A stretch of DNA of 64,000 nt from a virus (Duplodnaviria > Caudoviricetes): positions 64,001 through 128,000 of IMG/VR virus record IMGVR_UViG_3300013121_000027; one strand, 5' to 3'. The position numbers and the translations under genes are program-made. Positions 28,756 through 38,861 of this stretch are shown here, piece after piece. Below the pieces are notes generated by a model. That model was not told the DNA's origin and did not search any database. It saw only the letters and a program-made list of their open reading frames with translations. Position 1 is the first letter of the stretch, and each line of letters starts with the position of its first letter.

Positions 28756-29136
28756 ATGGGTATGTTTGATTATGTTAAAGTGGAATATGAATTGCCAGAA
28801 AATTTAAAACATCTTCAAGACGAATCTTTTCAAACTAAAGATTTCGATTGCGCCATGTTCGAATTTACTATTACAAAAGATGGTAAATTAATTCGTCACC
28901 AATATGAATATCGCACACTAAACGATACCGAAAAGGCAGTTTATGGTGAAAAGAAGTTCATGCCCATCATGAAAAGAACTGGCGAAGTAAATAATGTAGT
29001 TGTTCCTATTCATGGAGACTATTGTATCTATGCTGGATCTCCCTTACAGGATATCTTTGTTCGCTTTACTCATGGTCAATTAGAGGAGATTCGTGAGTGG
29101 CGCGAAACAGATTTAGTCTTTGATAAATTCTGGTAA
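28756..29136 (+). CDS. phage hypothetical protein (MGMFD family)
   Basis: MGMFDYV...FQTKD...FTHG. Confidence 0.65.
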   Translation: MGMFDYVKVEYELPENLKHLQDESFQTKDFDCAMFEFTITKDGKLIRHQYEYRTLNDTEKAVYGEKKFMPIMKRTGEVNNVVVPIHGDYCIYAGSPLQDIFVRFTHGQLEEIREWRETDLVFDKFW

Positions 29137-29222
29137 ACCACTCTGGGAGTTTAGTGAGAATCTAAACACAGCGTTCAGGGAGAGTGGCACAGGGGATAGA
29201 GTGAACGTAGTCCCTCATTACT

Positions 29223-29296
29223 GTGGGTATGGTAATGGTTAACCGGCACGGCTCCAACCCGTCGCATAGGAAGAGGTTCGATTCCTTTTACCCGCG
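29223..29296 (+). tRNA. tRNA-Trp(CCA), atypical D-arm
   Basis: GTGGGTA/TACCCGC, ACGG-CTCCAAC-CCGT, T-loop TTCGATT. Confidence 0.72.
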
Positions 29297-29953
29297 CTAT
29301 GACACTATCTGTTTCTTATACTTTAGATAATCCAGACCATGAAAATTTAACTATTTATTTTTTTGAAGAAATTAAAACTTTTTCAGTACAAAAATCTAGC
29401 GTGGAAATTGCCTATGGGTCTTTTAATTACGATAAATCCAATCAGAAATATTATTTTAACGCTAAATTAATTATTAATTCTGAGAATGAAACTTTTATCT
29501 TTGAAGGAACCAAAATAGATTTTGCTATGCATATATTTGATATTTTTAATAAACAAGTTTCATTACAAAAACAAATAGTCGAACCACCCTTTGATTTTTG
29601 AAGGATATAGATGACAATAAAATTTAATTTTCGCGATTCAATTTCTTTTGAAATAGAATTACGAGATGGTACTCTAAATGAGAAAGTTATAGGTGTTGGT
29701 ACCGCCACACCAAATTATGATCGCTTTGAATTCTTCTTTGAAGATATAGATTCTATCCCTCTATGTCGCTTCACTTTTGTTGGCTCTATGGTTGAAGCCG
29801 CTAATAAAGTTGAAGAAGTATATAATGCGATAAAAGATACCAAGGAATTAAAATTTCAAATTTGCCCTACTTGTAAAGGTGATTGGCAAGGTGTAATGCG
29901 CCAATATACAAAAGGCGAAATTTGTACTGTCTGCAATAAAGGAAAAGTTTCAA

Positions 29954-30505
29954 TTGAATAAATATGTATTCCATGATATAGATGATGTATTACTACCGTG
30001 GGATTTTCCCAATCTAAAGTGGCTATCTGATCATACTGGATTTGATGATTGGCAAAAACACAAGCATCCTAATATGAATTATGTTAGCTACGAAATGCTC
30101 AATATGATTCATGCGCGATATGGTGAACACATAGTGTGGTTAACTACTTGGGAACTTCATGGATTTGGTGCAAATAAAAACTTTTGTGACTCATTAGGTT
30201 TGCCACATTATAAAGAGATTCCATTTATTGGAGATTACTACAAGGCTCTTGGTAGTGGGTTATATGTATCCGGCAATGATGCCGGATACTGGTGGAAATC
30301 TACTATGCTTTTAAAATATCTTGAAGGATTAGAAGACCAAGATTATAAAGCTGTTTGGATTGATGATGAAATCGCCAATCAAATTAATTTAAATGGTTCA
30401 GTCCATGAAGAACTTATTAATAATCCAAAGCTATTAAAGATAACTACTAAAGGCGCAATAACAAAAAACCAAATACAGCAAGTAAAAGATTGGTTAGATT
30501 CTTAA
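29954..30505 (+). CDS. HAD-family phosphatase (Swiss-Army-knife RNA-repair type)
   Basis: FHDIDDVL, IVWLTTW, WWK, AVWIDD. Confidence 0.75.
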   Translation: MNKYVFHDIDDVLLPWDFPNLKWLSDHTGFDDWQKHKHPNMNYVSYEMLNMIHARYGEHIVWLTTWELHGFGANKNFCDSLGLPHYKEIPFIGDYYKALGSGLYVSGNDAGYWWKSTMLLKYLEGLEDQDYKAVWIDDEIANQINLNGSVHEELINNPKLLKITTKGAITKNQIQQVKDWLDS

Positions 30506-31401
30506 TGGGATACATTAAACATAATGCAATCATAGTCACTTCTTTTGATGTAGTTCATTTACACACAATCTATGATTTAGCTTATGATATATTTTACGCT
30601 GGAGAAGGTTGGAATATAATTTCTCCAATCATGCAATCCCCAATAAATTCATATCAATCTTTCTTTATAGCTCCAGATGGAAGTAAAGAAGGTTGGGGTG
30701 ATTCTCATAAAGGTGACGAACTTAGGCAACAATTTAAGGATGAAGCCAAAGCTTTAAACTTGTTTGTTGATATTGTTGAAGTTGCTTATGGCGGAGATGA
30801 TCCACAACAAGCTTGTATAATTGACACTGTAGAATATGAAGAGCCTGAATTTCTTGAAGGTGATGAAGAACCTACAGTTGCTATAGATTGGGATCTTAAT
30901 CTTCCTCCTGAAGATTTTGAAATTGACACTATCCCTATGAATAAAATAGTAATTTTTAACAATGTCAATGAAATTATCCTTCATTATGAAGATCCATTTG
31001 CTGCTGGTGCAAAAATTGAAATTCCCCAACCAATGAAATTAGATAAGCCAGATAAGGAGGATCTGTTTTAGATGGGTGTATTTGATTATTTTGTAGTGCC
31101 CAATAATCCTCATTTAGCTCAATTAAAATGTTGGAATCCCGAATTCAAAACATATCGAATTGGCGACAGAGTTCCAGCTTTAATAAAGGACAACCATTCT
31201 ATTCAAATGCGCGAAAAGGACTATGGATGGATTAACTTAGTATATGATGCTATGTATGATAATGCTGTGATTTTTAATGTTACTCCACTTCCTAAAACAA
31301 GATATTTATTTGATAAATTTGGAGAGACAATAGAAGATTGGATGTTGCCTCCAGTTAAACCAGTAGAGCAAAAAGAAAAGTTTGATTTTTAAATAATTCA
31401 T

Positions 31402-31483
31402 GGGTGAGCGGTCACGATGGCGAGTGGCACCTGGCTGTAAACCAGACGCTTCGGCTAAGTAGGTTCGAATCCTATCTCACCCA
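31402..31483 (+). tRNA. tRNA-Tyr(GTA)
   Basis: GGGTGAG/CTCACCC, CTGG-CTGTAAA-CCAG, variable arm. Confidence 0.9.
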
Positions 31484-31799
31484 CTTATAAAGAAAGAAGA
31501 GTGTAATGTTAGACTGTGAAAAAAGAGATTTCTTAATCTTTACTATGGTTCTTGAAGAATATGATTATGGTCTCACAAAAGTTTCTGTTTATTTTAAAAA
31601 TTCTCCAGATATAAAAATTTTTCATAACGGTTTTCAGTATGATGAATCCGTAATCAAAAATCTTACTACTGGACAAGAAACAAAAATAAACGAGACCCAT
31701 AGAGTATCAAGAGATTTTGCTTTTAAAGAAACAGAACAAAATATTTTAAAAACTTTACAAACTTTATTCTATAATGGTTTTGCCACTAAATAAACAAAC

Positions 31800-31871
31800 G
31801 CCCTTGTAGCTCAGTTGGTAGAGCAACGCTTAGGTATTAATTAATTCGTTATTCGATTCGGTCTTATGGCT
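31800..31871 (+). pseudogene. truncated/decayed tRNA (intact 5' acceptor strand and D-arm only)
   Basis: GCCCTTG-TAGCTCAGTTGGTAGAGCA then loss of pairing. Confidence 0.6.
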
Positions 31872-31885
31872 ATTACTATAGTTGT

Positions 31886-32578
31886 ATGACTGAATTAACA
31901 AAACGCCCTTTTAGTATAACGGCTATTACATCGGTTTTGTACTCCGACGATGCGAGTTCGACTCTTGCAGGGGGCTCTTGCGAGCAATGCGGTAAGCCAA
32001 CGAACAATCCACGCTTTTGTTCTTTAAAGTGTTCTGTTCATTGGCAAAACAAAGCGCGGGCTTGGGCAATAGGATATTGTAAAAATTGCTCTAAAGTTTT
32101 TAATAAACGAAAAAAATCCGAAAAACAATTCTGTACTTCCTCATGCGCTGCTACCTATAATAATAAGAGGTTTCCTAAAAAAACTGCCGTTGACAAGTCT
32201 AAAAAATGTTTAGGTTGTGGGGATTTAACAAACAATCCATATTACTGCAGCACTTTGTGTCAACAACAATCATATTATGAAAAAAGAATAGCCAATTGGC
32301 TTGCCGGAAACGATCCTGGATATTCAACAATAGGAAATGTTAAGCCATATATTCGTAAATGGCTATTCGATAAGTATAATTCAAGCTGCTCTAAATGTGG
32401 ATGGAGTGAAGTTAATCCTTTCAGTAACAAGATACCATTAGATGTGGAACACATTGACGGTAATTGGAAAAATAATCGTCCAGAAAACTTACTTCTCTTA
32501 TGTCCAAATTGCCACTCTTTAACCTCCACCTATAGAGCACTTAACCATGGCAAGGGCAGAGAAATGAGAAGAAAATAA
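31886..32578 (+). CDS. HNH homing endonuclease with Zn-finger repeats
   Basis: CSKCGW...PLDVEHIDGNWKNNRPENLLLLCPNCHSLT. Confidence 0.92.
   Translation: MTELTKRPFSITAITSVLYSDDASSTLAGGSCEQCGKPTNNPRFCSLKCSVHWQNKARAWAIGYCKNCSKVFNKRKKSEKQFCTSSCAATYNNKRFPKKTAVDKSKKCLGCGDLTNNPYYCSTLCQQQSYYEKRIANWLAGNDPGYSTIGNVKPYIRKWLFDKYNSSCSKCGWSEVNPFSNKIPLDVEHIDGNWKNNRPENLLLLCPNCHSLTSTYRALNHGKGREMRRK
31905..31976 (+). tRNA. tRNA-Thr(TGT) nested in the 5' end of the HNH ORF
   Basis: GCCCTTT/AGGGGGC, loop TTTGTAC, GCGAG-TTCGACT-CTTGC. Confidence 0.8.
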
Positions 32579-32793
32579 AATATGATTACTCAAGAACAAA
32601 AAGAACTTTTAACTAAAAATTTTAGTCGGTTGTCTGGAAGACGTATTTTTTCTATTACTAATAATTATTCTGGAATATTAGAAACATTCGAGGTTCTTGA
32701 TAGTGGTGATATACGTTGTACCATTAGGGATAATAACGACATTCTCTACATCACCATCTGTGGTGATGTTCTTATCGAAGACGATTAAGATTA

Positions 32794-32980
32794 ACGGATC
32801 TGGTAGGCATTCCTAATTTGCCTAAATCGATACCAAGATATAGAATATCAGCTGTATGTCTATATTAAAAAGAATGCACCAACAAAACAACTATTTTATA
32901 ATGATGAATAATAAGATAGATTGTGCATTGAAAGCCTTATCGTCAATCCGTGTTCCGGTCAAGAGAAGGCATATTAGGTT
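32794..32980 (+). ncRNA. putative multi-stem pseudoknotted RNA
   Basis: ACGGAT/ATCCGT closing stem, three internal domains, two possible long-range pairings. Confidence 0.5.
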
Positions 32981-32988
32981 CATCACAG

Positions 32989-33065
32989 GGCTCGTTAGCT
33001 TAGTCTGGTAGAGCATCGGCTTGTCACGCCGAAGGTCATGGATTCAAATTCCATACGAGTCGCCA
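32989..33065 (+). tRNA. tRNA-Asp(GTC)
   Basis: GGCTCGT/ACGAGTC, TCGGC-TTGTCAC-GCCGA, CCA. Confidence 0.92.
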
Positions 33066-34707
33066 TGTATATTATATTAGTTTCATCCGAAGGTAGTGGT
33101 GCCGGAAAGGCTTACGGTCCATACGATACCAAAAAAGAAGCTAACGAATACCTCGATCAGATGTTTCCTAAAGACAATCCAGAGTTTTGGGATGATGGTG
33201 TTTGGATTTGTTGTGAATGGTATGATGTTCTTAAAATGGATTCTAAAAATCTTTTACATAAACATATAGAAGAATATTATGAATGACAATCCATATATAC
33301 TTAATGACAATGATTTAAGTATTGTTAAATATTTAATAGATAATTCTACGCTTGAAAATCTTGTGGGAATTCGCGAGATGCATCAAAAATCTATAGATAA
33401 TCTTTCCCAAGAACTTGAAGAATTACATAGATTAACAAATGCAAAGTATAGGGTTATTGCTATGCGTGAACGAGTTTTATTAGAACTTAATGAAAGGTTT
33501 CCGCCAGATTGATTTATGATTTTCTTGATGCAATAGCTACAGTTATAGCTGAATCTGATTCGTTAACCTTTCCAAAATATTTCTCACAGTTGGTGGGTTT
33601 TACAGAAAGAACCAGAATATGAAGATTTACACTTTAACCTTGGATAATAAAGATGTTTTTAAAATAGCAGCTGAAGATGCGGATGATGCGATTTCTGTTG
33701 CTATAGAATTTGACATAATAGACAATCCACTTGACTATGCTACGGTAGATTTAAGTGGTTGGACTGATTTTTTTAATCCAGATGTGAAAGGTTTAGTTTG
33801 TAAGCTATTAGAGACTCAGCAATTTTGTGTTACCGACGTCTTTGGGGATGATCACCTTTTTGGCGAAGCAATCCATGTAGATCTTGATCATGGCAAAATT
33901 ACAGCCAATGGATTTGAACCTCGTGTAAAAGAAAAATTTGAATTTTAAAGAAAGAGTAAAAATGACCCCCGAAGAACTAAAGAAAATTGCAGTAGATTCC
34001 TATGTAGAGATGAAGTCTGAATCTTCTAAGCTGGAAGCCACTTCTGCTTTTGTGCCACCAATATTATTTTGGCATACAGACCAAGAAGAGAATAACACAA
34101 CCGTTATTGCTATGCCAGATTTAAATACTTTAGATCTTGGAGCTATCGTTATTGGGTTAAAAGAGAAGTTAGGCGAACCCAAATCCATTATGTTTCTAAG
34201 CGATGCTCATGCTAAAATTATTCCGCAAGAAGATACGACTGAAGAGTTTGGAAACTACGAGCGTGGGCAATATGCTAAGGACTTTGATGCTGGTAAAGCT
34301 GACATATCTGAATGTCTCGTCTTCATGTTCTTAACCTTGGATGAAATCTCTGGTGCAACTGCTCTCTATCATTATGATGAGAACACGAAACAAATTGTTT
34401 TCAAAGACGACATAAACGACTTAGAGTTCCTTCCCGGTATGGATGCCGTTGTTCCTTCAGCCCTAACAAAGGCTTTTATGCCTGGAAAGATATAATTACA
34501 GTGCGCAAGATAAAGCAAAAGATAGTTAAGATTTGGAATAAGATAAAGAGTTGGTTTACGAAACCCGCAAAACAAATCTTCGTAAATCCACAAGTAGCAC
34601 AAGAAGATCCTATTCTTGAAGATATAATAACAAGACTAAATAATCAGTTTAATGACATGCCAGCAATGTTTCAGAATCTCTTTACTGATTTTAATGGAGC
34701 AGTATAA

Positions 34708-35247
34708 ATGACAGAAGATAAGAAAGAACATTTTCTTTTTATCGATCTTGAAACCTCAGGATTGGATCCTAAAAAGGATTCTATTTTAGAAATTGCTATA
34801 ATAATAACTGATTTTAATTTGCGAGAACTTGATCGCTTCCATTCTTATGTTTCCAATCCAGAAATCACTAACGACTTCGTAAAGAGTATGCATGAGAAAT
34901 CTGGATTAGCTCAAGCTCTTAATAAAGAAACTAATTTTCCCACATTAAAATCTCTTCAAGATCATCTTCTATTACTGTTAGATACGAACGCAACATATTA
35001 TTATGCTGGGTCTTCAGTACATTTCGATGCAGCATTTATGGCTGTGAAGTTTCCTAAATTCGCAGATAAAATAAGCCATAGACATTTAGATATAACTTCT
35101 CTTAAGTTTGCTTTAAGAATAAAGAATCCTAAATTTAAAGACAAGTCAGAAAAAGTATTCCCTGCACATAGAGCAGAAGCTGACATTCAATCTGATTTGA
35201 ATTTCGCCCGTAAATACTTTGGTAAGAAGAGACGTTGGAATAAGTAA
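34708..35247 (+). CDS. orn: oligoribonuclease (DEDDh exonuclease)
   Basis: FIDLETSGLDP..D.ILEIA, MHEKSGL, GSSVHFD, HRHLDITS, HRAEADI. Confidence 0.88.
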   Translation: MTEDKKEHFLFIDLETSGLDPKKDSILEIAIIITDFNLRELDRFHSYVSNPEITNDFVKSMHEKSGLAQALNKETNFPTLKSLQDHLLLLLDTNATYYYAGSSVHFDAAFMAVKFPKFADKISHRHLDITSLKFALRIKNPKFKDKSEKVFPAHRAEADIQSDLNFARKYFGKKRRWNK

Positions 35248-35410
35248 AAACCTTAGTGCTTTGATGGCGTAGTCGTTGCAACAGGTTTAGCTACTGTAGT
35301 TACTACAACTGGAGCTGGTGCCGGAATCACAGGTGGAATCCCAGCGGTAACAACAGGCGTTTGAGGGGAGAGTTTTTACGTCCCCAATTAGAGAGGCGTT
35401 TTTTTATTTA

Positions 35411-36319
35411 TTAGCCAATAAGCATGCAGAAATGAATCAGTCTTGAATATATATCTGCTGTTGCGTCGTCCCATACATTTGTTACTGGTACACCAAATAA
35501 TTTTTGGGCATCTCCGATAGTTCCCCATCCCCAAAAGTCTACAACCGCTTGTAGTTCTTGTGGAGTAGCTTGTAGTGTCATATATTTATTAGTGCGGGCG
35601 ATTACCCATTTCCAAGGGAATGCGGGACCAGGATCACCGTGATCGGATTGATGGTAAACATTATTCACATCAACATGTCCAGCCCAGCCTTTTTTGCCAG
35701 CCCTAATGTCAGCTGGTGTAATATGTTGCATGGGGATTCCCCATCTCTTGAAGGCGTAGACCATAAACTTAGCGACAGCTTCCATTTCCTGGACGCTTCC
35801 GCCTTGTCCCCACTCTGCTTCAGTTTGATATCTTCCTGGCATACAAATCGAAACTGCTGAATCGTTCCATGGTGGGTTAGCATTTACGGCTGTATCATCT
35901 GGATTGACCGCCATATAAAATTCTCCGTCAATACCGGCTATACAGTGATATCCAGCACCATAACACCACGGCATTGGATCACCTTTAAGTAAGCCTAAGG
36001 CGGTACTACCAGAACGGTATACAACAGTATTAGAACCTGGATATGGCTTTGCTTGCTTGGGATCTGTTGTTTGTGTGCCTAATGGGGTTTCCCATAACCA
36101 TTGCCCAGCTGAATTTCTACTTTGAAACGTCCTTCCAGACATTGGTAAAGCTGGAGTTGCAAGTTGCTTAAGATATCTATCTGGTCCATCTTCTGGAGAT
36201 ACCCATAGGTGTACTACTCCGTATTGTAGAGGAACATTAGCCCTACGCCTACCTCTTGAGCCATTTAAGGGCTTCCATCCATTCACTGCCGATGGTGCTG
36301 CATAGCCAGTATAAATCAT
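35411..36319 (-). CDS. N-acetylmuramoyl-L-alanine amidase (endolysin)
   Basis: VVH, GYH, GWAGHVDV...DHGDPGPAFPW. Confidence 0.8.
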   Translation of the reverse strand: MIYTGYAAPSAVNGWKPLNGSRGRRRANVPLQYGVVHLWVSPEDGPDRYLKQLATPALPMSGRTFQSRNSAGQWLWETPLGTQTTDPKQAKPYPGSNTVVYRSGSTALGLLKGDPMPWCYGAGYHCIAGIDGEFYMAVNPDDTAVNANPPWNDSAVSICMPGRYQTEAEWGQGGSVQEMEAVAKFMVYAFKRWGIPMQHITPADIRAGKKGWAGHVDVNNVYHQSDHGDPGPAFPWKWVIARTNKYMTLQATPQELQAVVDFWGWGTIGDAQKLFGVPVTNVWDDATADIYSRLIHFCMLIG

Positions 36320-36340
36320 ATTAATCTCCGTCTTTCAGTA

Positions 36341-36574
36341 TCATTCTCCAGCATCTGGATCTACAGTCTTGGCAACTGTCTCAATCGCACGAAGGGTTGG
36401 TGCGATTAAGGCAACTAAAAGACCGGTAACAGCACCGCTCCATCCACGTGCACCAAACGCATCAAAGACCTGAGTGCCGCCAACCACAGTAGCAATTGCG
36501 CGAAGATACGATGCGGTAATTCTTCTTAGGTCGAGAACGAGCTTTGATTTCATATTAATAAGTACTTTTTTCAT
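36341..36574 (-). CDS. putative holin
   Basis: small two-TM protein within lysis cassette. Confidence 0.55.
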   Translation of the reverse strand: MKKVLINMKSKLVLDLRRITASYLRAIATVVGGTQVFDAFGARGWSGAVTGLLVALIAPTLRAIETVAKTVDPDAGE

Positions 36575-36581
36575 TGTATTA

Positions 36582-37133
36582 CTACTCCTTTTTTCTTGGT
36601 GGGTTAGTTTTTAAGGTTGGCGCCAACTGTCGTACAACTGGCGTAATTTCTTCTACAATTGGTACGATTTCTTTTACAATTGGCACTATGTGTTCTACCA
36701 TGAAAAGTTTTTTATCAAAGATATCTAACTTGCTGTCTATCTCATCTAATCTTTTAATGGTATCATTTTTGTCTTGAGTTTGTTTTAATATAAATGCGTC
36801 TATTTTTGTATGTAGTTTATAATCATCAACGATAAAATTATTTAATTTCTCGCTTATTTCAAATATATTCTGTTGAATTATCCCTTGAGTATGTATTAAA
36901 TCAGATGTTTGATTCATCAAGGAACCTTTGCCATTGGGTATACCTATGGCTTCATCTATCTTAGTAGCTGTTTTTTCTTCTCTTCTTTTATTACTTTTGT
37001 TAGATTTATATAAAAAAAATGGACCACCTATTGCTCCAATTGCCGCGAGAACAGCAATAATTATTGTGACCCATGGAGCATCTTCTTTATTTGAAGCCGT
37101 ATCCTGTGCTAATCCTATAATCATTGAAAACAT
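36582..37133 (-). CDS. membrane-anchored coiled-coil protein of lysis cassette
   Basis: N-terminal TM WVTIIIAVLAAIGAIGG. Confidence 0.55.
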   Translation of the reverse strand: MFSMIIGLAQDTASNKEDAPWVTIIIAVLAAIGAIGGPFFLYKSNKSNKRREEKTATKIDEAIGIPNGKGSLMNQTSDLIHTQGIIQQNIFEISEKLNNFIVDDYKLHTKIDAFILKQTQDKNDTIKRLDEIDSKLDIFDKKLFMVEHIVPIVKEIVPIVEEITPVVRQLAPTLKTNPPRKKE

Positions 37134-37147
37134 TCCGCACTCTCACT

Positions 37148-37954
37148 TTAATGATTTAAAAATGCTTGGAAGGCTTTTTGAGTAACAGGACCATACACTC
37201 CATCAACCGTAACTTTGAGTGCTGTTTGCATTTTCATAACTGCTTGTGCGGTCTTTGCCCCAAAGTCTCCATCTACAACCAATTCATACCCAAAAGAATC
37301 TCTCCATTTCCAGAAGTTGCAGGCGGCTTGCAGTTCACGAACTTGCCCAGCATCATTTTTTCCAGCCAAAAGACCTATGCGCTGTTTCAGAACTGGAAGA
37401 GGTGCTAAAATACCAATTGGCTGAGATGCTTGCGCACCGGGAAAGGTCCAGGGCTTCAGTGGCTCATGAAGAGTACTTTTATATTGCGAACGCCCATGTG
37501 GGATTTCACTTGGCTGAGCGTGCCATGGCTCAGAGTTTACATGACTGAATTCAAACAAGCCAAACTCATTGGCGTGAGCAGCTAAAAATTTTAAATTACC
37601 AACAAAATCAATAGCTAAACATTTACCTGCTGCAGTAGTAGGCTCATGATACGAGCTACCTGGAGGGGCAGCATGTGCTACACCAGAATTTAGCGCGTAT
37701 CTTTGTCCATTGTACTTGCAACATCCACCAACTGAGACTACATGGTGTCGAGATAGAAAGAGGGATGTTTGTCCTGCCGTAGTTCTTATAGTTCCACCGA
37801 CACCCAAAGGTGTTCCGGCAGTTATCGAAGCATTTATTATAGCTTCGATTCTTCGTGCGAATTCCGGATCTAACCCTGTCCACCTTGCTGTCTTTTTTAA
37901 AGCCGCCCATGTCATGGTTGCGCCAGAATATCCTGATACAATCAAATTCGCCAT
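37148..37954 (-). CDS. M15 family peptidase with peptidoglycan-binding domain (endolysin)
   Basis: R...Q, APPGSSYHE, AID, EPWH; VDGDFGAKT..AV..MQ....VDGVYGP.T. Confidence 0.88.
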   Translation of the reverse strand: MANLIVSGYSGATMTWAALKKTARWTGLDPEFARRIEAIINASITAGTPLGVGGTIRTTAGQTSLFLSRHHVVSVGGCCKYNGQRYALNSGVAHAAPPGSSYHEPTTAAGKCLAIDFVGNLKFLAAHANEFGLFEFSHVNSEPWHAQPSEIPHGRSQYKSTLHEPLKPWTFPGAQASQPIGILAPLPVLKQRIGLLAGKNDAGQVRELQAACNFWKWRDSFGYELVVDGDFGAKTAQAVMKMQTALKVTVDGVYGPVTQKAFQAFLNH

Positions 37955-38018
37955 ATATTTGACTCCTAACGTAAACCCGTTGTCCAGTTTATAGTAGTCA
38001 AAGAAATAATGTTTTCAA

Positions 38019-38047
38019 TTGTCAGACCAGGACTTTTAAGGTATACT
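38019..38047 (+). promoter_or_regulatory. sigma70-type promoter
   Basis: TTGTCA-17 nt-TATACT. Confidence 0.6.
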
Positions 38048-38078
38048 TAATTAAGTCGATATTTAAAAAGGATTATGA

Positions 38079-38861
38079 ATGAAGATATTCTCAAAGACTG
38101 AGCCAATTTATGTGGGATTTGTCGGGCAAGCGGGGACTGGTAAGACGTTTACGGCAAAATCCATTGTACCTTCAAGTGTGTCATTTTTTTATCACGACCC
38201 ATTACGCGATATTGTGTGGGATCATCAATGGTTATCATTACCCCTATACGAAATATACAATATAAGAACACAAACTATAGGTGGAGATGTAAAAAACCGT
38301 ATTCTCTATGCTATTCATGAAGTGGTTTCTTCTGTTCTAAAAAATAATGTTGCGTATGACGACATGATTGAGTTGGTATATGATTTATATACTTTAGAAA
38401 TAACAAATAGAGAGGGCGAAAAACCCCGCACTTTCCTTCAAAAGGCGGGGGATCTTTTTCTTAAGAATAACTTGAACTGCTTTATAAATAGTTCTAAGTA
38501 TAAAATAATAAATGCACAACATAAAATAAATGCAGATTATGATCTAAATGAGATGGAATATCCATGGTTTATTGGTATAATCTCTGATGTTAGACAAACA
38601 CACGAGGCTAAGGTAATCCATGAACAAAGAAATAATTTATTAATCAAGTTCGAAGCAAGTAAAGAAGCCCTCCAGGAAAGATTACTTAAGAGAGATGGTA
38701 TCTCGCTTTCTGAAACTGAAGCCTCACATAGAACCGAAAACGAAATTGACAAGATACCTTATGAATGGTATGATCTGGTATTGGATACGTCTCTCTTAAC
38801 TAAAGAGGAACAAGTTAGCATTGTTAAGAATTTTATTCTTAGCCATATAAAAGAGGTTTAA
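38079..38861 (+). CDS. deoxynucleoside monophosphate kinase
   Basis: GQAGTGKT, PRTFLQKAG, ISDVR..HE, HRTE. Confidence 0.82.
   Translation: MKIFSKTEPIYVGFVGQAGTGKTFTAKSIVPSSVSFFYHDPLRDIVWDHQWLSLPLYEIYNIRTQTIGGDVKNRILYAIHEVVSSVLKNNVAYDDMIELVYDLYTLEITNREGEKPRTFLQKAGDLFLKNNLNCFINSSKYKIINAQHKINADYDLNEMEYPWFIGIISDVRQTHEAKVIHEQRNNLLIKFEASKEALQERLLKRDGISLSETEASHRTENEIDKIPYEWYDLVLDTSLLTKEEQVSIVKNFILSHIKEV

Noticed and set aside
32550-32557. CAAGGGC as the 3' acceptor strand of the broken tRNA at 31800
   Set aside because: No T-arm precedes it and it lies within coding sequence for the HNH C-terminal HGKGR; likely coincidence.
35253-35378. Pro/Thr/Val-rich reading frame on - strand downstream of the amidase (SPQTPVVTAGIPP...)
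   Set aside because: No upstream start codon and separated from the amidase by stops; probably a gene remnant, cannot be supported further.
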